Both the position numbers and the translations under genes were made by a program. Below, in pieces: positions 9,712-19,611 of a DNA stretch of 64,000 nt; the stretch's first letter is position 1; each line of letters begins with the position of its first letter. Source of the stretch: Acidobacteriota bacterium. GTDB taxonomy: Bacteria > Acidobacteriota > UBA6911 > RPQK01 > JAJDTT01. The notes under the pieces were generated by a model. It saw only the letters and a list, made by a program, of their open reading frames with translations. It made no database searches and was not told the DNA's origin. The stretch is from the NCBI GenBank assembly GCA_965263035.1, contig OZ253580.1:3840001-3904000 (forward strand). Reading direction: 5' to 3'.

Positions 9712-10306
9712 TCAAGTCGCGTCAGCGTGATCACCCCAATCCCGGTGTTCAATTGCCCGAAAAAGATGGTCGTCAGCCCCCGGATGCCGGACGGAAGCGT
9801 CCTTCTCAATCGTGAAAAATCTGAACAACCAGCCCCTCTTTTCATTATCATTCCTTTCCCACACAGCCAGCAGCCAAGCATCCTCGTCACATGAAACCTT
9901 GTATTTTCCGACTTTTTCGGCCAGCCAAGCGGCCCTCTTCTCGGAACCACACTTGTCCTTGCCATTGAAGATCATCAAACGGACACTCGCGCGCGCTAGG
10001 AGGAAGCTTCTGGAAGTCATCGTAGATGTGATCGCAATCACCCCATTCACACTCCGCCGCCAAGTGCGCGCCGATCAATGTGTTGTCACAGTCATCCTCG
10101 TATTCGAGCCAAGTGACGTCGTAGAGCCATTCTCCATAGTCGGCGTTCTTCACACTTTTCGCACAGACTCTACAGCCGAATTTGACTCGACCGATCTCAC
10201 ACAGCTTGGTCTTGACGACCGGCTCTGTAACCTGCCAAGGTTTTTCGACCTTGATGCAATTGAGACCCGCCGCGACCGCACGCATAATTTTGCATTTCTC
10301 GGGCAT
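9712..10306 (-). pseudogene. Frameshifted hypothetical protein with a PD-(D/E)xK-like motif pattern
   Basis: ORF 9887-10306 (EWLYDVTW..AAECEWG..DDFQKL) continues in the frame of ORF 9712-10050 (LLARASVRLMIF) after one extra C near 10003; lower GC than flanks. Confidence 0.6.
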
Positions 10307-10355
10307 CTGATAACTCCCTCCATTATCTCCAGCGAAAAGTGGCGGGTTTTTGGGG

Positions 10356-11171
10356 TCACGATTCGACCCAGTGGCGAAAGAGCGGCTTCACGTTTTCCGG
10401 CAGGCCGTCGTAGACTTGCCGGGGCACGGGAACGACGACGTTGTCCGTGATCCCGGTCTCGTCCACCATCCGCGTCCGCTCCACTGAGCCTGGCATCAGG
10501 ATGTCCAGGTTCAACCACCAGGGCGCGTAACGCACAGCCATTCCGACGCGGGCCCGATCGCTCACGTTGGGTGAGATGGCGTGCCAGAGCCGGCTGTCGA
10601 AAAGAAGGACGCTGCCCGCATCTCCGGTGGCCCGGATCTCGCTCGGGAAAGCCGCCATGGTTTCCACGCCGATGTCGCCGGTTGGGTTGTTCGGATAGCG
10701 GTGACTTCCGGGCACGATGATGGTGGCCCCCGTCTCCTCGGTAAAGGGAGAGAGCATCCAGAGCGTGGTCAGGTGCTGGACCGCGTCGGGGTAGGGGGCG
10801 GGGATGTGTCCGGCGTTGTGCTGATTGAAGGGCCAGTCGGCATGCAGCTTGCCGCGCTGGTTCCCCGGATAGCTGATGTGGGCCGTGGTGAATGAGATCC
10901 GGTAATGGGAACCGAAAAGGTCCTCGGCCACCCCGAGGATGCGCGGGTCCGCCAGGTAGGGCGCGAACGACTGATCGAAGGCCAGGAGTCCCTTGCGGCT
11001 ACCCAGCCCCTGGATGTTCTCCCCGGTCCCATGGCGGGACACCGTCTCCTCAACGTGTTGGCAGATCTCGCCGACCCGGTCCGCGGGAATGACGTCCTCC
11101 AACACGTACCAACCTTGCAGGTCCAAGTGCATGAGCGCCTGCCGGACGATGTTTTCCGTGTCTTGTTTCAT
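10356..11171 (-). CDS. Phytanoyl-CoA dioxygenase (PhyH) family Fe(II)/2-oxoglutarate oxygenase
   Basis: HxD (LHADW), GATIIVPGSH, GSVLLFDSRLWH. Confidence 0.9.
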   Translation of the reverse strand: MKQDTENIVRQALMHLDLQGWYVLEDVIPADRVGEICQHVEETVSRHGTGENIQGLGSRKGLLAFDQSFAPYLADPRILGVAEDLFGSHYRISFTTAHISYPGNQRGKLHADWPFNQHNAGHIPAPYPDAVQHLTTLWMLSPFTEETGATIIVPGSHRYPNNPTGDIGVETMAAFPSEIRATGDAGSVLLFDSRLWHAISPNVSDRARVGMAVRYAPWWLNLDILMPGSVERTRMVDETGITDNVVVPVPRQVYDGLPENVKPLFRHWVES

Positions 11172-12232
11172 GGCGATTCGTCCTCATTGTTTTCCAGGTC
11201 AAGACCCAGACCATCGGCCACTGCCAATACCTCGCGCCATGTAAGCTCGGGAAGGCAGATGCCTTCCCGGCCTCGCTTGCGCCGCTCCCGGGCCTCGCGC
11301 TCGCCCGGAATCAGGATCTCGTCGAATCCGGGTGCCCTGGGGGACGCCTTGATCCGGTCCAGGAAACCCTGAATTTGGGCGTGAAATTTCTCCGGGTGGG
11401 CGAAGCTGGCCACGTTGATGACGTTGAGAAAAACCGCGTTTCCTCCCCGGATCCGGTCCCAGTCGGTGCAGCCGGCGCCGCTCAGGGCCCCGGCCAAAGC
11501 CTCCACGGCGAGCCCGAGCCCGAATCCCTTGTAGCCGGCCCGCCCTCCCAGGGGAAGCAGGGAACCGGGAGGGTCTTCCAGAATCACCCCCGGATCGTTG
11601 GTGGGGCGCCCGCGGCTGTCGATCAACCACCCGTCGGGAACCGGCTCCCCCAGGTTATGCGCCAGAGTCACCTTTCCGCCGGCGGCAACGGTGGTGGTCA
11701 TGTCCAGGATCAGCGGAGTCCCGCCCGTAGGTACACCGACCCCCATGGGATTGGTGGAGAGGCGGGGATCGATCCCGCCGTAGGGAGCCGCCAGCCCGCG
11801 CTGACCGTGGGCGTTGGCCATCATGATGGCCGCCATGCCCTCGGCGGTGACCATCCGCAGGTAGTCACTGAGGCGTCCCAGATGGTTCGCATGGCGCACA
11901 CTGACCACGCAGGTCCCGGCTTTCCGTGCCTTTCGGATGCCCCGGAGCGTCGCCTCCCGGACCACTACGTGTCCGAAGCCCCAGTTTCCGTCCAGGACCA
12001 GTGTTGAGTCGTTCTCCCGAATTACCTCCACCTTCGCCCCGGGGACGATTTCGCCGGTGGAGATCTTGTTCACGTAGCCCAAAAGTGAAAGAGTGCCGTG
12101 AGAATCGTGGCCCGAAAGATGGGCGTCGATCCCCAGCGACGCGACGGTCGAGGCCTCCGATGGCGTCGCGCCCGCAACCACCAGGATGCGTTGCAGGATG
12201 TGACTCAGAGCTTCAGGTCGAAATCTAGGCAT
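11168..12232 (-). CDS. Ldh_2 family (malate / L-lactate / sulfolactate) dehydrogenase
   Basis: GHDSHG, DGNWGFG, NHLGRL, STNP, GYKGFGL, IPGE motifs; start MPRFRPE. Confidence 0.92.
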   Translation of the reverse strand: MPRFRPEALSHILQRILVVAGATPSEASTVASLGIDAHLSGHDSHGTLSLLGYVNKISTGEIVPGAKVEVIRENDSTLVLDGNWGFGHVVVREATLRGIRKARKAGTCVVSVRHANHLGRLSDYLRMVTAEGMAAIMMANAHGQRGLAAPYGGIDPRLSTNPMGVGVPTGGTPLILDMTTTVAAGGKVTLAHNLGEPVPDGWLIDSRGRPTNDPGVILEDPPGSLLPLGGRAGYKGFGLGLAVEALAGALSGAGCTDWDRIRGGNAVFLNVINVASFAHPEKFHAQIQGFLDRIKASPRAPGFDEILIPGEREARERRKRGREGICLPELTWREVLAVADGLGLDLENNEDESP

Positions 12233-12451
12233 CGGTTGTCCTCTGGAACATCCGGCAGAGTCCGCACGATGGTTTGATCCCTGACCCGGCACAACCGGAA
12301 CAATAATTTCGCCGCTCGAGCGGTGACTTTCCAGACGCCGACTTTCCAATTGGTCGCGTGTCGCTTCGGTTTGGACCGAAGAGGGCACCCACAAGGGGTG
12401 CCCCTACAATTGATTCTTCGCCCATTTGCACAAGATCTTGGGTATGAGGAA

Positions 12452-13528
12452 CTATCCCGGAACCGAGTAGCGGGCCAGAGCATCCCGGTCCAGTTCCAGA
12501 CCGTGGCCCGGCCGATCGGGCGCGATGGCGTAGCCGTCTTCGAAGCGGATCGGTTCCTGGGCCAGAATGTTCCACATCAGATCGGAGAACTCCATGTAGA
12601 GGCATTCGGGGAAGCTCACCGCCGCGTGGACTCCGGTCTCCAGAGGTGTGTTACCCAGCGAGACGGGAATCCCGTAGTCGCCCGCCAGCCGGGCCGCCAT
12701 GCGCGATTCAGAGATGGAGGTATGCACGTTCAGGACGTCCACGGCGGCCGCTTCCAACAGGCGCCGCTTCCCGGAGAATCCCAGGTATTCGCCGGTGTTG
12801 ATGCGGGTGAAGGGAATCTCGGCGCAGAGCATGCGGTAGCCGTCCAGATCGTTTCGGTCGATGGGGTCCTCCATCCAGTAGATTTCGAATCCCTCATCGC
12901 GGTAGCGGTGAAGCCGCAATAGAGCCTCCTTGGGAGACCAGGCCTCGTTGGCGTCGATCATGAGGTCCGGTTCAAGCCCCATCTCCTGGCGGGCGATGGT
13001 CATCCGGGCCAGGTCCCACTCCACGTCGGGGTGGCCCACCTTGATCTTCATGGCCTTGAATCCCTGCTCCCGAAACCGGATCAGCTTGGCCCGGAACTCA
13101 TCGTCCGTTAGATGAAAGTCGAGGGTGCTCCCGTAAGCCCGAACCCGGGACCGGGTCCCGCCCAGAAGCCGGTAGAGGGGGAGATCCAGATGCTTCGCCA
13201 TCAGGTCCCAGAGCGCCGTCTCCACAACGAGACCGAAGGGAGAGGCGCCGACGTTTCCTCCCCGGGGCCGCTCGATGCGGTTGGCCACGCTGAACGGGTT
13301 CGATCCCAGCAGGGCGGGCCAGGTCTGGAATTCGAATTGTTCCTTCAATTCCTTCAGAGCTGCCGGAGGCACCCCCTGTTGGACCTGGAACCCGACCCCC
13401 CTCACGCCGGTGTCGGTCTCCAACTCCAGAATCGTGCCCCAGTGATCCACGAAGCAGACCTGCGAGTCACCTATGGGATGGGGTAGACGGAGATGGGCTC
13501 GGTGAATTTCGCAATGTTTCAGCTTCAT
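12452..13528 (-). CDS. Mandelate racemase / muconate lactonizing enzyme family (enolase superfamily)
   Basis: ALWDL, KIKVG, MIDAN, WMEDP, TGE, PDRPGHGLE. Confidence 0.92.
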   Translation of the reverse strand: MKLKHCEIHRAHLRLPHPIGDSQVCFVDHWGTILELETDTGVRGVGFQVQQGVPPAALKELKEQFEFQTWPALLGSNPFSVANRIERPRGGNVGASPFGLVVETALWDLMAKHLDLPLYRLLGGTRSRVRAYGSTLDFHLTDDEFRAKLIRFREQGFKAMKIKVGHPDVEWDLARMTIARQEMGLEPDLMIDANEAWSPKEALLRLHRYRDEGFEIYWMEDPIDRNDLDGYRMLCAEIPFTRINTGEYLGFSGKRRLLEAAAVDVLNVHTSISESRMAARLAGDYGIPVSLGNTPLETGVHAAVSFPECLYMEFSDLMWNILAQEPIRFEDGYAIAPDRPGHGLELDRDALARYSVPG

Positions 13529-15010
13529 TCAACTTCCTTGAAAGTAAGAGACGATCACGCGAACTCCCAGCCCGAACATGACGGTGCCGGCAACGGCTGT
13601 GGCCAATCGCAGTTTCCAACTCATGCGTAGCGGGGGCGGCAGCCGGTAGCGATCGGCCCAGATCATGGCAAAGCACCAGAGTCCGCAGGCGGCGATTCCG
13701 CCGCTCACCACTCCGGTGAAGGTGATGCGGCCGAGCACGTCGCCGGCGATCTCCTTGGGGAGCCAGACCAGCAGCAATCCGCCCAGAAAGCAGTAGAAAA
13801 TGGTCACCGTTCGAAGGGACTTGAAAAAGGGGCGGGCCACGAAACGGGGAAAGAGGCTGCGCACCCCCTCCGAGATGACCCGGTAGTAGACTTCGAAAGC
13901 CCCGTAGAGGGTCCCGATGAAGGCCAGGAAAACGCCCACCCGGTAGAGCCACTTGAGCTGGGGGTGCAGGGTAGTCAGGAAGGACTCCTGGACGGTCAGG
14001 AACTCGCTGCCGTCGGGAATCGCCCGGTTGGGGTTCAACACCATGGATCCCAGGACGGCGAACATGAGGGTCACCAGGATGACGAAGGTGAAGGAAAGGG
14101 TGGTGTCCAGCAGAGGCGCCCGGGTCCAGACGCGGGCCCGTTCGACCACCTCCGAGGCGGAGTTCCGCGCCGCCTGGGCCAGTTCCCGGTTACTGGCGAC
14201 CTGAGTTCCGGCCAAGCCCCAATTCTTCTCCCTCAGAAGCCCGATGTACCCCACGTAATCTTGGGTTCCGCCTCCCACAGCTCCCAGGTAGAGCAAGATC
14301 TCCAGCCAGGGGCTGCGGCCGGAGAAGGTCTCGGAGTAACGCTCCAGGACCCAGGGCTCGTAGTCGCCGACCCGGGGCAGGAAAAGCCCCTGGAGCAGGC
14401 CAGGGATGTCGGGTCCCAGGACGACTACGGCCGATGCGATGCACAGCACCATGATCCCCAGAATCACGGTGGAGATGCGTTCCAAGATGTCGTAGGTGGA
14501 GATCAGGGCCAGGACCAGGCAGGCGGTCAGCACCACCGTCGCCCAGACGTTGAGCCAGTACTCCAGATGATTCCAGGGGCCGACGTCGGCTCCCTCCACG
14601 GCCCCTCCCAGGAGCTGGTGAATGAAGGTCGCCAGGATCTCGGGGAGGGCCGAGAACGCCACCAGCATGAGCATGAGGGCCGGCACGACGATGAGCAGAG
14701 GAAACGCCATGCCCACGACCGGCATGGAGCACCAGGTCGTCATGGGATGCTCGCCGGTCAGGACGAAGTGCCGGGACGCCGTGTAGACCTGGATCCCCTT
14801 GAAGATGCCGGCGTAGAGAAAACACCAGAGCATTCCGTACCCGAAGATGGCGCCGCTCCGGGAGGCGAAGACCAGCTCGCCGCTGGCGATGGTCACCGAG
14901 GCGACGATGACGCCGGGGCCCAAGTAGACCCAGAGCGAGGAGAGGGTGAGACGCTGCAGCAGCGGCGGCGGCGATGGATAGACGTGCGGGTCCGACTCGG
15001 GACGATTCAC
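13529..15010 (-). CDS. Nramp-like (LeuT fold) membrane transporter
   Basis: LGPGVIVASVTIASGEL, GAIFGYGMLW, many transmembrane segments. Confidence 0.8.
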   Translation of the reverse strand: MNRPESDPHVYPSPPPLLQRLTLSSLWVYLGPGVIVASVTIASGELVFASRSGAIFGYGMLWCFLYAGIFKGIQVYTASRHFVLTGEHPMTTWCSMPVVGMAFPLLIVVPALMLMLVAFSALPEILATFIHQLLGGAVEGADVGPWNHLEYWLNVWATVVLTACLVLALISTYDILERISTVILGIMVLCIASAVVVLGPDIPGLLQGLFLPRVGDYEPWVLERYSETFSGRSPWLEILLYLGAVGGGTQDYVGYIGLLREKNWGLAGTQVASNRELAQAARNSASEVVERARVWTRAPLLDTTLSFTFVILVTLMFAVLGSMVLNPNRAIPDGSEFLTVQESFLTTLHPQLKWLYRVGVFLAFIGTLYGAFEVYYRVISEGVRSLFPRFVARPFFKSLRTVTIFYCFLGGLLLVWLPKEIAGDVLGRITFTGVVSGGIAACGLWCFAMIWADRYRLPPPLRMSWKLRLATAVAGTVMFGLGVRVIVSYFQGS

Positions 15011-15011
15011 G

Positions 15012-16250
15012 TCAGCGCCGCTTCCTCAGGTCGAGACAGGCGATGTGGTGATGGTCGCGGGCGTAGATCCGTCCTCCCGCCAGCGCCGGCGGACTCCAGG
15101 CCCGGTGCTGGAGGATCTTCTTCACTCCCGTCTGCCGGTATCCCTCCGGGGTGGCCTGCACCATGGCGATGTGCCCCTGTTCTCCCAGGACGATGAGGTG
15201 ACCCTGAGCCGCGATCAGGGAACCCTTGCCCACGCTCCGATGGGCCCAGAGGACCTCGCCGTCCACCAGCCGCATGCACTTGAGGACCGAGTTGTCGAAC
15301 CCGTAGAGGTATTCTCCCACCAGCACGCACCCGTTGTAGTGGTTCTGCATGGTCTCCGTGGTCCAGACGAACTTGGACTGGACGCCGTCTCTCTTGCGGG
15401 ACAGACGCAGAAGGCCGCTTCCGGTTCCCCGTCCGGACGAGATGAACAGGTAGGGACTGGCGAAAATCGGTGTGGCGATGTTCATGTCGGAAGTGGTGCG
15501 CCATACGTGGCTCCAATGGAGCTTCCCGTCACGCGGCGAGAGTCCCATGATGGCGCGTCCTCCGAAGAAGACGACCTCGCGGACCCCGTCCACCGTGATG
15601 GCAATGGGGGAAGAGTAGCCGGCTACCTCGTCCAGCGTCTTCCAGATCACCCGGCCCGTCTCCTTGTCGAAGGCCACCACGGAAGCTCCCGGGGCCCCCA
15701 CGTTCACCAGGAGCATGTTCTCTTCCACCAGGGGAGAGGTGGAAACGCCCCAGGTCAGGTTCTCCGCACCCATCTCGTCCAGGACCCGGCGTTTCCAGAT
15801 CTCCCTTCCCGAGCGCTTGTCCAGACAGAGCAACGTTCCCGTCGCCCCCAGGGCATAGACTCGCGGGCCGTCGATGGTGGGCGTCGACCGGGCGCCGTTG
15901 CCCCCTTGATATTCCTTGTACGAATCCGCCGACAGCACCTTCCAGAGTTCCAGTCCGGTGCCCGTGTCCAGGCACACGACCCACTCCTGATCGTTCCGGT
16001 CGACCATGGTGTAGAGGCGTCCCTGGGAGACGGAGATGGAAGAAAAACCCTCGCCTCCTTCCACCTTCCAGACCAGGGGAGGCCCTGGCTGGGACCAGGC
16101 GGTGATGATCCCCTCCTCCCTGGAGATCCCGTCGCGGTCCGGGCCGCGCCATTGGGGCCAGTCGGCGGCGGAGAGTTCCGCCACCAAAAGGGAGAGTGCC
16201 AACGGCGCGCAGAACATCAGGGCAAGCACGATTCGACTCCTGGTCTTCAT
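15012..16250 (-). CDS. Exported PQQ-binding-like beta-propeller protein
   Basis: Signal peptide then ADWPQWRGPDRDG; repeated TG..W and SSP blade motifs. Confidence 0.9.
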   Translation of the reverse strand: MKTRSRIVLALMFCAPLALSLLVAELSAADWPQWRGPDRDGISREEGIITAWSQPGPPLVWKVEGGEGFSSISVSQGRLYTMVDRNDQEWVVCLDTGTGLELWKVLSADSYKEYQGGNGARSTPTIDGPRVYALGATGTLLCLDKRSGREIWKRRVLDEMGAENLTWGVSTSPLVEENMLLVNVGAPGASVVAFDKETGRVIWKTLDEVAGYSSPIAITVDGVREVVFFGGRAIMGLSPRDGKLHWSHVWRTTSDMNIATPIFASPYLFISSGRGTGSGLLRLSRKRDGVQSKFVWTTETMQNHYNGCVLVGEYLYGFDNSVLKCMRLVDGEVLWAHRSVGKGSLIAAQGHLIVLGEQGHIAMVQATPEGYRQTGVKKILQHRAWSPPALAGGRIYARDHHHIACLDLRKRR

Positions 16251-16291
16251 CAGGTTCCTCCGATCGGTTTCTCCCGCCCGCGGTCCGATCC

Positions 16292-16714
16292 TCAAACCGT
16301 GCCGCCCGGAGTCGGGTGTTGGACACTGGACCGGCCCCGGTGGACTTCCGGCGGCTCGCCCTCCAGGTAGGTGGTTCCCTGGAAGGGGTCCTTGACGGGA
16401 AAGAAGGCGATGATCCGGGCCACGCCGGGACCGACGTTGGTGAACCCGTGGGGTGTGCGGGCGGGCACGACGACGGTGTGATCGGGACCGACCCGATGGG
16501 TCTCGGAGCCCAGGCGAAACTCCAAGGTCCCCTCCTGGACCACGATGAACTCCTCGGCCTCGTGAAAGTGGAGCGGCGCCCCCGACCCCGTCCCTACCAG
16601 GGCCCAGGAAACGCTGCTGGTGGTGGTTCCGTCTCCGTCGCGAGTGATGTCGAAACTTCGGTAGTTGGGTCTCCAAGGCTTCTCGGGCAGGCTGGCGTGC
16701 TCTACTATGGGCAT
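16292..16714 (-). CDS. Cupin domain protein
   Basis: PLHFHEAEE and VPARTPHGFTN cupin motifs. Confidence 0.85.
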   Translation of the reverse strand: MPIVEHASLPEKPWRPNYRSFDITRDGDGTTTSSVSWALVGTGSGAPLHFHEAEEFIVVQEGTLEFRLGSETHRVGPDHTVVVPARTPHGFTNVGPGVARIIAFFPVKDPFQGTTYLEGEPPEVHRGRSSVQHPTPGGTV

Positions 16715-16779
16715 GGGGCTTGGCTCCCTTTCGAATTCTGGGATTGTAGCCGACCCGCCGCTGGAAAAGAATCCACCGC

Positions 16780-18369
16780 ATGTTTCCAACTGCCGCCGGT
16801 AACTTGGTCGACTGCCTGTTGGACCACCGGGTGCGCCATCTGTTCACCCTGTCGGGAAACCAGATCCTCTCCCTCTACGACGCCACCATCGGCCGGGACT
16901 TGGAACTGATCCACACCCGCCACGAGGCGGCCGCGGTGCACATGGCTGATGCTTGGGGCCGGTTGCAGGAAACTCCAGGGGTCGCCGTAGTGACGGCGGG
17001 ACCGGGGCACTGCAACGCCATCGGTGCTCTCTACGTGGCGCGCCAGGCCGAGTCGCCTCTGGTCCTCATCAGCGGACACTCGCCCTTGAGTCAGTCAGGG
17101 AAGGGCGCCTTCCAGGAGATGGACCAGGTGGCCATCGCCGCTCCCGTGACCAAGGCATCCTGGCGGGTCGACGCTCCCGAGCGGGCGGGGGCCATCCTGG
17201 ATCAGGCTCTGAAACTGGCCGGATCGGGGAGGCCGGGGCCGGTTCATATCAGCGTCCCCAGCGACGTTCTGGCTGCGGAAGTAGAATCCCAGGTGAACGT
17301 CAGCCCGCAGCCGGACCCGGCTGAATTCCTCAGGGAGGAAGAGGCGGGGCAGGTCCTGCGGCTTCTGGCCGGAGCCCGGCGTCCTCTCATCCTGGCCGGT
17401 GCTGCCATGTCGCGGCCGCTTCGGTGGCGGTCGATCATGGAACTCGCCAGCGCCTGCGGTGCGCCGCCTCTCAAGATGGAGAGTCCCCGGGGAGTCAACG
17501 ACCCTCGACTCTACGGGGCGTCTCGACTGTTGGGCCGTGCCGACTTGGTGCTGCTGCTGGGGAAGGAACTGGACTTCGCCCTCCGGTTCGGGGGTCCCCC
17601 CTTCGCAGCCGATAGCAGATTCGTCAGCATCGACTCGCATGAGAGCCGAGCGCCGGCCCATCCCAGGATGGTGCTGAGTCTGCGGGCTGACCCTGCCGCG
17701 GCAGCCTCGGAACTGGCCCGCCGTTCGCAAACAGATGGCGCTTCTTTCGATTCCTGGCGCCGCGCCGTCGAGTCGGCCCGTTCCGAAACGCCCGCTGAGT
17801 GGGAACATTGGCGGCGGGCCATGCGGAGTCCCATCCATCCTCTCCGGGTCTGCGAAGGCCTCCGGCCTTTCTTGGCGGACGGTGCCGTGGTGGTGAGCGA
17901 CGGAGGCGAGTTCGGCCAATGGGCACAGGCCGGGCTGGACTCCCGGGTGAACCTGATCAACGGCCCTTCGGGCGCCATAGGAAGCGCCATCCCCATGGCC
18001 CTGGCCTGCAAGCTGGCCCGTCCCGGACAGCCGGTCTTCGCGCTGCTGGGAGACGGAACCTTCGGATACCACGCCCTGGAATTCGATACGGCCCTTCGTT
18101 ACCGGCTACCGATCGTCGCCGTCGTGGGCAACGACGCCCGCTGGAATGCCGAATACCAGCTCCAATTGGACCACTACGGACCAGAGCGAACCGTGGGCTG
18201 CGAGCTTCTCCCCACCCGTTATGACCAAGTGGTCGAGGCTCTGGGCGGCCACGGAGAGTGGGTTTCGGAGCCGTCGCAACTTGAGCCGGCGCTGGAAAGG
18301 GCCCTCGATTCAGGCCTTCCCGCCTGCGTGAACGTCGCCGTCGAGGGCGTGAAAGCTCCCACGTTCTGA
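16780..18369 (+). CDS. Thiamine-diphosphate-binding enzyme (acetolactate synthase / acyl-CoA lyase-like)
   Basis: RHEAAAVHMADAW, TAGPG, GRPGPV, GDGTFG..VVGND. Confidence 0.93.
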   Translation: MFPTAAGNLVDCLLDHRVRHLFTLSGNQILSLYDATIGRDLELIHTRHEAAAVHMADAWGRLQETPGVAVVTAGPGHCNAIGALYVARQAESPLVLISGHSPLSQSGKGAFQEMDQVAIAAPVTKASWRVDAPERAGAILDQALKLAGSGRPGPVHISVPSDVLAAEVESQVNVSPQPDPAEFLREEEAGQVLRLLAGARRPLILAGAAMSRPLRWRSIMELASACGAPPLKMESPRGVNDPRLYGASRLLGRADLVLLLGKELDFALRFGGPPFAADSRFVSIDSHESRAPAHPRMVLSLRADPAAAASELARRSQTDGASFDSWRRAVESARSETPAEWEHWRRAMRSPIHPLRVCEGLRPFLADGAVVVSDGGEFGQWAQAGLDSRVNLINGPSGAIGSAIPMALACKLARPGQPVFALLGDGTFGYHALEFDTALRYRLPIVAVVGNDARWNAEYQLQLDHYGPERTVGCELLPTRYDQVVEALGGHGEWVSEPSQLEPALERALDSGLPACVNVAVEGVKAPTF

Positions 18370-18434
18370 GTCGTATTTCGAGCTTGGCCCGCTTTCTTGA
18401 CCCCCTCTTCGGGGCCGGGATAGACTGCGCCGTC

Positions 18435-19532
18435 ATGAGTTCCGAATCCCTGCAGGATCAGGTCCGGTCCCGGCAGCGAGAATTGGACGCGCACGTCCGT
18501 GCCATGGTCCAGTGGCATTTCGATCCCGAGACCGGATGCCCCTTCTGGCTCGACTGGGCCAGGAAGGCGAGTTGGGACCCGCGAGAAGAGGTCCGGGGCT
18601 TGGACGATCTTTCCCGCTTCGGCCTGTTCGACGACGACTGGCTCCGGGGCGGACCGGTTCGGCGCTGGGTCCCCCGGGCGTACGCAGGGGATCCCATCTT
18701 CGTCTTCGAGACCGGAGGGACCACCGGCACCCCCAAGAGCCGGGTCAACGTGCGGGATTTCCGGGTGGATTACGAACTTTTCTCCGAGACCCTGCCCCCG
18801 GAACGTTTCCCCTTGAATTCCAACTGGCTGATGTTGGGTCCGTCGGGTCCGCGCCGCCTGCGCTTGGCCGTGGAACATCTGGCCCATCATCGGGGCGGAA
18901 TCTGCTTCTGCGTGGACCTGGACCCTCGCTGGGTCATCAAGCTCATCAAGAAGGGATGGACGGACCACCTGAAGGCCTACCAGGACCATGTGATCGATCA
19001 GGCCATGACCCTCCTTTCCGCCGGCCACGAGATCCGCTGCCTGTTCACCACGCCCAAGCTGCTGGAGGCGCTGTGCGACAGGCTGGAAGACCAGGGAAGC
19101 AGCCTGCGCGAAGCGGGCATCACGGGGATCTTCTCCGGCGGGACCGAGTTTACGCCCCAGTGGTACCGATTCGCCGTCGAGGAGCTCCTGGACGGCGTCT
19201 ACATGACGCCGACGTACGGCAACTCCCTCATGGGATTGGCCGGCTCCAAGGCCTTCGATCCGGCCGAGAACTACAAGATCACCTACTACGCGCCGCAGCC
19301 CAGGGCGGTCTTGCGAGTCGTGGATTTCGACGCCCCGGAGAAAGTGGTTGAATACGGTGAGACGGGCCGGGTCCTGTTGACGACCCTGACTCCCGAGCTG
19401 TTCATCCCGCGGTTCCTGGAGCGAGACGAAGGAGAGCGGGAGCGTCCCTGTGCGCAATACCCCTGGGACGGCGCGAGCGGCGTTCGGCCGTTCCACCGTT
19501 TTGCAGCCACCACGACGGTGGGTGTCTACTGA
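18435..19532 (+). CDS. EhpF/GriC-like adenylating enzyme (LuxE/PaaK-like)
   Basis: WHFDPETGCPFW, P-loop ETGGTTGTPK, VDLDPRWV, TTPKLL, PTYGN, ERDE. Confidence 0.75.
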   Translation: MSSESLQDQVRSRQRELDAHVRAMVQWHFDPETGCPFWLDWARKASWDPREEVRGLDDLSRFGLFDDDWLRGGPVRRWVPRAYAGDPIFVFETGGTTGTPKSRVNVRDFRVDYELFSETLPPERFPLNSNWLMLGPSGPRRLRLAVEHLAHHRGGICFCVDLDPRWVIKLIKKGWTDHLKAYQDHVIDQAMTLLSAGHEIRCLFTTPKLLEALCDRLEDQGSSLREAGITGIFSGGTEFTPQWYRFAVEELLDGVYMTPTYGNSLMGLAGSKAFDPAENYKITYYAPQPRAVLRVVDFDAPEKVVEYGETGRVLLTTLTPELFIPRFLERDEGERERPCAQYPWDGASGVRPFHRFAATTTVGVY

Positions 19533-19611
19533 GATATTGGACTCTGGATCTCCAGCGCCAATTCACGGCGGTCCGTAGTAGACTGACAAGTCACAACCCG
19601 GGAGAAGTTCG

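Noticed and set aside
15012-16250. bamB assignment
   Set aside because: No lipobox or bam context; matches the widespread DWPQWRGP propeller family
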